Shown one piece after another: positions 55,291 to 64,000 of a stretch of DNA of 64,000 bases. Below the pieces are notes generated by a model. The model worked only from the letters and a program-made list of their open reading frames with translations, was not told the origin of the DNA and searched no databases. The stretch covers positions 5,394,001 to 5,458,000 of the forward strand of contig OX597826.1 in assembly GCA_951406725.2 (NCBI GenBank). Reading direction: 5' to 3'. Position 1 is the stretch's first letter. Each line of letters begins with the position of its first letter. Origin of the DNA: Octopus vulgaris. Lineage: Eukaryota. The position numbers were made by a program, and so were the translations under genes.

Positions 55291-55620
55291 CAAATATAAA
55301 ATATAAAATACAAATGACAAAGTGGGACAAGAATGCAAAAACACACAAAGAGACGACACAAAAAAAAAACAGACGGGTCACTCGAAGCCTCTAATCTTCA
55401 GTCGGAACCGGATCATCTTAGCAATTTCGGCTGTTTAATCTCGATATCACTCCGAACCGGCCAGCCCCAAGAACTAAGCCACAGGCATTAGATTTCTTAG
55501 AAAGAGAACGAATGTATACGAAATAAAAGACAGGATGCCACACGAATATAAATACAAGAAACAAAAAATAGAAATAAAAAACAAGAATGGTTAGCAGGAC
55601 AAACACAGCGGGCGTCTTAC
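55290..55620. repeat. (TA)n-embedded interspersed repeat related to 1470-1580
   Basis: Shared ACAAGAAYGCAAA...AGACGAYACAAA...ACGGGTCA segment. Flanked by (TA)n. Confidence 0.6.
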
Positions 55621-55690
<70 letters not shown>

Positions 55691-55802
55691 GTGTGTGTGC
55701 GTGTGTATATATATATATTTGTTGTGCAAGATTATTGGCTAAACTGGCAAAATGACCATTCCGAAATACAACAATATATATAAAACATTAAATATATAAA
55801 AC

Positions 55803-55983
55803 ATTAAAACAGAAACTGACCCTATAGTGTTCAAGAAGTCTTTGGACAGATTCCTTCAAGAAATCCCGGATGAGCCCCCTACACCCGGATATGTCTCTGT
55901 AAACAATAACTCTCTACTTGAGTGGGCCATAGTGCCCAAATTCTGACTTGAAAGACTTCACCAGGTGGTGCTATTAAGTTAGA
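55803..55983 (+). mobile_element. 5'-truncated CR1-type LINE 3' end
   Basis: IKTETDPIVFKKSLDRFLQEIPDEPPTPGYVSVNNNSLLEWAIVPKF* (stop at 55944-55946), with the FKxxLDxFL..IPDxP motif. Confidence 0.8.
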
Positions 55984-56099
55984 CATATATATATACGTAT
56001 ACTTAGCTTTCTCTCAGGATCGCTATGTGTTAAAGAATAGGTTCAAGATGACGTCGGCCTCACAGTTGTTTCTTGTTTCTCAGTTGGTTAATCTCGTAG

Positions 56100-56300
56100 C
56101 TCAAACATACTTTCCATTGCAAGCAAAGCTTTGTTATGTCTATGGATGGTTATGCTCTTCACCAATTCCACGCAGCCACGGCAATGGACAAGGTGGACGA
56201 TGGTTTCATCATATTTTCCAAAGACACTCTTTTGCAGCTCCTTTCATTTTCTGGTGATAATATAGTGCAGTGTCCATCAACCCATCCGGCACTATTTTCT
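56100..56300 (-). mobile_element. Decayed R4/Dong-type CCHC zinc-knuckle region
   Basis: Minus-strand GKYDETIVHLVHCRGCVELVKSITIHRHNKA resembles ETIxHxxSGCxxLAxxxYxxRHN. Confidence 0.6.
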
Positions 56301-56362
56301 TTTCTTTGGTATTGTGTTTTTTACCAAATCGGGTGATTTTCGAATAATAATTCGTACACACA

Positions 56363-56421
<59 letters not shown>

Positions 56422-56504
56422 AAAAACGTGCACACACTCAGGTATATATATAGAGAGAGAGAGCGAGAGAGAGAGAGGAAGAGATGCATATGTAATACAC
56501 AACC

Positions 56505-56535
<31 letters not shown>

Positions 56536-57075
56536 AGGGTGTGTGCGTATACATACATATTTCTGTATATATGTGTATTTGTATGCATTTAAGCTTTGCG
56601 TTCTAATAGTTGTTCTCTTTTATTTTGACATTTAGCATTCCTGGGAAAATCCTTTTTTGCTTTTTCTAGCAAAGCAGATAATTGAATAATTTTATTTTTC
56701 ATGATCGTTTTTCAGAAATTGATTAAACTAGAAAAATGTGAAATACCTACTTCAGTATTAACAGCAACAATCTACAAGGAAATCCATTTGCAGTATTACC
56801 CAAATTTATATGGCAACAATATTACCTTTTGTGACAGCTTGAATATCTAAGCAAAAGAATATTAGGAGAAGCAAGAAAAGGTAAACGAAAGAAAACATGG
56901 CTGAGATGAAATAGTCATAAAACAGAAAATCGCAAAGTATATATGAAGGACCAAATAAGGGATATTAATGCTGTATATTCAGAAGGAACAACGGCATGAA
57001 GAAGTTAACTCAAAGAAAGAATTAGAGAATATCCACGATAAAACAAGGGGTTTAAGTTCAAGGGAGCGACGAAAA

Positions 57076-57215
57076 GTGTTCCAATTAATTCGATCAACGG
57101 AATAGCCTGTTCTTGAAATTAACGTGCAAGTGGCTGAGTATTCTACAGATACGCGTACCATCAACGTAGTTCTCAGTGTGACATAGAATGTGAAAAGGCT
57201 GGCCCTTTGAATTAC
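57076..57215 (-). mobile_element. SINE tail type 2 fragment
   Basis: Reverse complement of about 59790-59935 (GATCAACGGAATAGCCTG..AAATTAACGTGCAAGTGGCTGAG). Confidence 0.8.
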
Positions 57216-57235
57216 TGATTCTACTTCCTTTTGCC

Positions 57236-57780
57236 AAACGGATTATGTCGATTACATCAACCCCAATGCGTAACTGGTACTTAATTTATCGACCCCGAAA
57301 GGATGAAAGGCAAAGTCGACCTCGGCAGAATATGAATTCAGAAATTGAAGACAGACGAAATACATATTTCTTTACTAGCCATAAGGGGCTAAACACTGAG
57401 AGGACAAAGAAGGATAGACAAACGGACTAAGTTGATTACATCGACCCCAGTGCGTAACTGGTACTTATTTCATCGACCACGAAAGGATGAAAGGCAAAGT
57501 CGACCTCGGCGGAATTTGAATTCAGAAATTGAAGACAGACGAAATACATATTTCTTTACTAGCCACAAGGGGCTAAACACTGAGAGAACAAAGAAGGACA
57601 GACAAACGGATTAAGTTGATTACATCGACCCCAGTACGTAACTGGTACTTATTTCATCGACCCCGAAAGGATGAAAGGTTAATCAACCTCGGCGGAATTT
57701 GAACTCAGAACGTAACGGTAGACGAAATACGGCTGCGCATTTCGTCCGGCGTGCTAACGATTCTGCCAGCTCGCTGCCTT
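57236..57780 (-). mobile_element. SINE family 3 with a 184-bp body unit in triplicate
   Basis: GATTACATC at 57250, 57434 and 57618. A single head ends at 57780. Confidence 0.9.
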
Positions 57781-58597
57781 CTGTACCTGACAACCGGTCA
57801 GTTAATTAGTGTTAGCTTGGCAGGTTAAATCCTAATAAAAATATTATTACTTTGCATAACCTAATGTTCAACAGATAGAGTTTTATCCCGATTCGATGTT
57901 AAAGAAAGGAATTATTTATTTCAGCAATATCAGAGTTGAATTAATTGTGTGGCACATTTAAATTTAAATATTCATCAATATAAACAACTTATTCAGAGTA
58001 TGGAAATTTTGCTAGTTCCATTGCTACTTAATTGATACAACTCTTCTTCAAGTGCAGACCAGTTATACTTACTGCTTAGACTGTTTTAAAATGTTAACAT
58101 TCCTCTCTTAGGTTTAGGGCCTTTCAGAGCCTTAAAGCGTCGGCAAATTATTTGCTAGAGGCAGACACCCTTCAAAATTACACCACAGAATGTACATGAC
58201 GCAGCACCGGGTGGCAGATTATGTGAACCAACGAAGAACTTCGAACCAAAATAACTGAAATAAAAACTGGAAGGAAACTCGTCCAATTCTCTCTAACAAC
58301 CATCGAAACTGATTTGCTAGTTTATCATAATCGTAAGGAAGGCGATTTTGCCCACAGCGGGAATTGAAGTCAGACTGGAGAGAGCCTGTCCAAATGCGAC
58401 TAAATATTTTGCTGTACGCTTCAGCGAGTGTGATACTTCACCACCAAATGCACCAGAAATTCATATAAAGAGGCAGCGGTTTCTTTAATCTTTCTGACTC
58501 TCTTTTCTTTCTCTCTCTACCCTCTCTCCCCTTCTCTGTATTTATCTCTTTATTTATTTCCGTATATGTCTCTCTATCTCTTTTCTTTTCTTCTTAG

Positions 58598-58660
58598 TGA
58601 TCATGATGAGAACTTCCGCGACAAGCGATATTGCTTTCTCAATATGAACGAAGCTGTCAA
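58598..58660 (+). CDS. Candidate internal exon, phase 2-2 (N DHDENFRDKRYCFLNMNEAV K)
   Basis: Long polypyrimidine tract plus TAG acceptor. 63 nt, in frame with the 55036 donor. AA|GTACGA donor. Confidence 0.4.
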
Positions 58661-59515
58661 GTACGATTGATATGAAAATCTACTTGAATCGCCTATGAAC
58701 TTCGGTTACATCTCACCACTTGAATCCGAATTTTCTAACATATCAGTGCAAGATTTATTGACGAGGCTAACATCAACGCTTACACTGTCGCCTCAAGTGA
58801 GCCGCAACTTTAAGCGATATTTCAAAACCTTTCCTTCTATACAATAACGCCATGCTCCTAAGTTTAACTTCATACGCTTCAAGATATCTATATAATTCTG
58901 TATTTGTATTTAACCTCCAACATACAGGTACTATCAACAAATATATTCATCTAGTACACCAAGACGCTTTACTTCCATCAGCAAATAATTAAACAACAAT
59001 AATTCGGAGATGTATGGCAAAAGGTTTGTAAAAGATCAAAGAAATATTACCTAAATTTATCAAAGAAACACTTACAAAACGCCGTAATAATAAATAATCA
59101 GAAATGCATTCTCTACACTATAGAATATAAGATGATGTTGATATTCATGATTAGCCTTTAAACAGGCAAAGAGTCTAACGTGCATCCAATTCGCAATGAT
59201 TCTGCCGAGATTCGTATACCATTGTCCAATAGGACAGTCTGTATTTCAGCAAATAAAGAGAGACTTGATGAAGATTATTCTCATAACTTTAGTAGATAGA
59301 ACAAATGTATAGAGCCTACTACGGGTCTCAGCCTGTATGATGTCCACTTGATAGATACGTCAGTAGTTTCAATATACACCTTAAAAAGAAAAACTTGACA
59401 AATAGAAAAATCGCCGACGGCAGCAACAACAAGAGAAGCAACTACAGATGTAAAGGTTTAAAGAAATAACACGTATTTTGCTCAGATTCTATGTCTACTG
59501 TTTATTGTGCTTCAG

Positions 59516-59566
59516 GACAGAAACTGCAATAAATCAGAACAGCGTCCATCGCTCTACGTTCACCGA
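59516..59566 (+). CDS. Candidate internal exon, phase 2-2 (K TETAINQNSVHRSTFT E/D)
   Basis: TGTTTATTGTGCTTCAG acceptor, 51 nt open in the required phase, GA|GTAAAT donor. Confidence 0.3.
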
Positions 59567-59584
59567 GTAAATACCATGTTAAAT

Positions 59585-59966
59585 GGAGGCGCAATGGCCT
59601 AGTGGTTAGGGCAGCGGACTCGCGGTCGTAGGATCGCGGTTTCGATTCCCAGACCGGGCGTTGTGAGTGTTTATTGGGCGAAAACATCTAAAGCTCCACG
59701 AGGCTCCGGCAGGGATGGTGGTGATCCCTGCTGTACTCTTTCACCACAAATTTCTCTCACTCTTACTTCCTGCTTCTGTTGTACCTGTATTTCAAAGGGC
59801 CGGCCTTGTCACTCTCTGTGTCACGCTGAATATCCCCGAGAACTACGTTAAGGGTACACGTGTCTGTGGAGTGCTCAGCCACTTACACGTTAATTTCACG
59901 AGCAGGCTGTTCCGTTGATCGGATCAACCGGAACCCTCATCGTCGTAACCGACGGAGTGCTTCCAA
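59585..59966 (+). mobile_element. Full-length tRNA-derived SINE (head type A, tail type 2) with 10-bp TSD
   Basis: A box TGGCCTAGTGG, B box GGTTTCGATTCCC. TSD CATGTTAAAT at 59575-59584 and 59967-59976. Confidence 0.92.
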
Positions 59967-60344
59967 CATGTTAAATATCCTCACAGTTAAATACTGCAGC
60001 TCAGAGCAAACCTGCAAATACGAGCAGATACATTACAGGCAAGATATCACCGTTTGATTTTCCGTCATACTGCATATGTTAACACATCATGTCATTCATA
60101 TGTAAGACGTTGTGGATATAATTTATGGGGTTAACAGGACGTCTATTTCTAGCAGATTGAGCGAGCGCATGGTGCCTTATTTCTGCCGTGACATTTAGGT
60201 GACTCTTACCCAAGTCAGGGTGACCTAACATAGTTCATTAACAGAGACCCACCTTTAGGAAGTAATGAGAAATTGAAATTCCTAAGATATTATAGTCATT
60301 TGATAGCTTTTATATGAATGCTAAACAACGACATCAACAACATC

Positions 60345-60396
<52 letters not shown>

Positions 60397-60418
60397 GTAA
60401 TAATAACAATAATAATAA

Positions 60419-60449
<31 letters not shown>

Positions 60450-60489
60450 AGTAATAATAATAACAATAATAGTAATGATGATGATGATG

Positions 60490-60579
<90 letters not shown>

Positions 60580-60600
60580 GTAATGATGATGATGATGATG

Positions 60601-60659
<59 letters not shown>

Positions 60660-60785
60660 GAGAAGACGAAGAAGAAGGAGGAGGAGAAGGAGAAGAAGAA
60701 GAAGGAATAGGAGGAGGAGGAGAAGGAGGAAGAAGAAGAAGAAGAAGAAGAAGAAGAAGAAGAAGAAGAAGAAGAAGAAGAAGAG
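60345..60785. repeat. (AAT)n/(GAT)n followed by (GAA)n microsatellite
   Basis: Visible repeat. Confidence 0.95.
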
Positions 60786-61184
60786 CGTAAACTTCTTTAT
60801 TCGTGTTGATTATGGTTTTAAAATTGCAATTTGCAAAATGTAAATGAAGAAATCGTGTAATTGGTAATAATATATAGAAGCGTAACATACACACATGAAA
60901 ATGAGATAACGAATTTGTGAACGACAATAATTTAATCCATATTCAAATTGCATACGTCATCATAAGAAAAGCTGGTTTCATTTTGGAAAAACAAACAGGA
61001 AAAATAAAACAGCAAATTCATATTTGCAGCTGCAGATGGTTTAAAGCATTGATTTCGATTTTCAGTTCTGCCGTCTAAATAAATATAAAGATACAATTCG
61101 TATATATATATTTGTATATATATATATATATATATATATCTATATATATATATATATATATCTGTCTATCTATCTATCTCTCTC

Positions 61185-61225
<41 letters not shown>

Positions 61226-61247
61226 ATATATATATATATATATATAG

Positions 61248-61329
<82 letters not shown>

Positions 61330-61457
61330 ATGTATATATCTATATATATATATATAAATTGTATAGATGGATATATATACATATACACATATACATATGT
61401 ATAAATACACACTGATGTGTGTATGTATATATACGTATATATACATATATATATATG

Positions 61458-61501
<44 letters not shown>

Positions 61502-61641
61502 AGTGTGTGTGTGTATGTGGTGAGAGGCATATGTAATATAAATTAGATATAGGCATACATGGATGCATACGTACATACATACACACACATATGTCATGTG
61601 TTTACGCATATATTTATATATGAATACATATATACATACAA

Positions 61642-61723
<82 letters not shown>

Positions 61724-62555
61724 GTATGCATGCATGTATGTATGTATGTACGCATATCATGACGTGTGAGTATATATGTACATGACTACCTAATTGCAAC
61801 AATCTATGCATATAGTTATATGATTATATGTATATGTATATAATTTTAATGAGCTTCAGGAAGAGGGACCGTGATTAAAACAAATCGCATATTACTAGAT
61901 TCATTGACTTGAAGAAATACCCTATCAGTATCTAAATTAGCTTAACTTCTTGATTGAAATTGAAATAAGATTGTATTTAATGATTTTTGTATCATTTTAT
62001 AATTGTTCTCAAACTCACTGTCAACGGCAATATATGAAAATATATTGCACATTATATACCGAATTTCAGAAACGAGGCGATTTATTCGGCTTCCAACCGA
62101 GTGAGGGAATATTGCATAAGAATATCCAAGGGCGTTAATTGAGAAATTTATTTGCAACAGATATTTAATGGGATATAAGTGCAATGAATGTATGTGTGTG
62201 CATGTCATTGTGTATGCGTGTTTACGAATATAAATATATGTCTATGCAAATATAATTTAATTGATTATTTGCGTGTATATATATATATATATATATTTCT
62301 GCGTCTGTATAACTGTGTATGTGCTTGTGTATGTGAGAAGGAAAGATATAGATAAACAGATTGTTTGAGAGAGGGAGAGATATATAACGGCACAGTCTAT
62401 GTGTGAGAGAGAAAGTGAGAGGGAGAGAGTGGCAGTGAGAGAGATAGAGAAAGAGAGAGTGGAGTTGTATGTGTAAATGCATGAAAATTTTAAGTGCATA
62501 ATTTCTGTGTGTGTAGTTTGGAAATTGTATTTCATGACACACATGAATAAATAAA

Positions 62556-62620
<65 letters not shown>

Positions 62621-62764
62621 AGAGAAACACACGCACATACGCTCACAAACACACATACCTACACACACACGTACGTAAATTTTGTGCGTGTATATATATA
62701 TATACACACACACACACCCACGCATGTACGTAAATGTGTATGTCTATACACATACTCACACACT

Positions 62765-62808
<44 letters not shown>

Positions 62809-62822
62809 GACAGAGGAGGAAG

Positions 62823-62863
<41 letters not shown>

Positions 62864-63724
62864 TGTGCCCGCGCTTTTGCGTAAGTAAGAATCTGTATAT
62901 GTTTGTATTTATAATTTAATACGAACGGTTATAATTTTCAGAACATTCGTGCATAATACATCAGCAAAGATGAATTATGATAAAGAAAATTAAACAGAAA
63001 TATACGCGGTTATCGAACACAAAATCCGACGCATGCCGCAGGATTCTGGTACCAATTACACCAGAGTGGAATTTTAATAGGTTAAACAGAGTATAATTAT
63101 AAAAGCTTCGCTCACTAAAATACCATAATCCTTGTCTATGAAGCAAAGTTTGTGGTATTTGTTAGTCCTTGACACCCAAACTAAATCTGTTTATATAGGC
63201 TAAAGGTTTACTCCTAGACTGAAAATGGTATCATTGCTATCCTGGTAATACCTATTAAATCGAAACGACGGGTAACGACTGCTCAACTTTTGAACCCCCC
63301 CCCCCCCCAAATGGAAAAACGAAAAGAAAAAGAAATTGATGTTTTCTTACTGGTTTAGCAATTCTAGAGAAGTTTTCGTTTTTGAAATTACCTCCCTTCA
63401 GAGTTGGAGTTGCTCGTTAAGGCAGCTCACCAAATCATTTGTTTACTTTCCATTGAAGTGATGATAATTTCAAACAAAACAAGCAAGATCTTACCTAAGA
63501 AGGTATTTGATAGATAAGCACTTGAACGCGCACACAGATAGACACAGACACAGAGAGACAAATACACACACACACACACACACAAGTATATTTATTTCTT
63601 TTGCAAGATTCTTGATGTGAAAACGTGTGTTGAAATAGATAGATCTTTCGTCACACCCTCTATTACTCACACACACACACACACACATATAAATATATAC
63701 TCACAAACAAATATATGCTTATAT

Positions 63725-63900
63725 TCTTATACTTGCTTCAGTCATTTGACTGCGGCCATTTGTCGGCATTTAGTAGAACAAATCGAGCCCCGGACGTATT
63801 CTCTGTAAGCCTAGTAATTACTCTATCAGACACTTTTTGTCGAACCTCTAAGTTATTGAGGCATAAACATCAGCTGTCAAGTGATGGTGGGGGGGGCAAA
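63725..63900 (-). mobile_element. Partial SINE family 2 tail
   Basis: TTCAGTCATTTGACTGCGGCCAT...TGTAAGCCTAGTA. Confidence 0.75.
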
Positions 63901-64000
63901 CGCACATATACATTTCGGTGCGAATGGATATATATATATATATATATATGCACACACGTGCATATAACTTGCATATTCATATATACATACATATAAGCGT

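Noticed and set aside
55380-55480. Hammerhead in the 55.3-55.6 kb TA-embedded repeat (CTGAAGA and GGCTG/CAGCC-GAAA on the minus strand)
   Set aside because: The core and the stem II-GAAA elements are in the wrong order or unlinked, so no valid fold could be built.
56018-56060. Acceptor CTTTCTCTCAG as exon 2 of the candidate gene
   Set aside because: Phase-2 reading stops after four codons, and the region sits between retroelement debris.
57236-57780. CRISPR-like regularly spaced repeats
   Set aside because: Whole 184-bp units are repeated without unique spacers, in a eukaryotic SINE context.
59585-59660. tRNA gene (Arg-like) at 59585, 4484 or 18700
   Set aside because: A and B boxes are present but continue into a repeated body with a TSD and no clean acceptor stem. 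These are SINE heads, not tRNA genes.
63402-63502. Possible exon (CCCTTCAG acceptor, AAG|GTATTT donor)
   Set aside because: Open only in phase 1, so incompatible with the phase-2 candidate exons upstream. No homology recognised.

Overview
Eukaryotic, AT-rich, microsatellite-saturated DNA. The SINE families look like those of octopus or another coleoid cephalopod (inference from memory of the families, not a search). Almost all ORFs in the track are artefacts of (TA)n, (TATG)n, (TATC)n, (AAT)n and (CTA)n repeats. Recognisable content: several tRNA-headed SINE families (some with clear target-site duplications); decayed non-LTR retrotransposons (several R4/Dong-type pieces, one RTE/BovB-type, one CR1 3' end); a decayed Penelope-like ORF with a GIY-YIG region; two decayed mariner transposases and two mariner-derived MITEs; an internally deleted Gypsy-type LTR element; and three phase-compatible candidate exons of a possible secreted or membrane protein gene at 54.8-59.6 kb. 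The most notable hidden structure is about a dozen type I hammerhead-ribozyme motifs, ranging from intact to decayed. They lie in short non-coding inserts embedded in or next to (TA)n tracts, often with fold-back inversions or partial tandem duplication. This fits Penelope-like pseudo-LTRs or retrozyme-like elements. The set includes natural core variants (G3:C8 covariation, A9C).
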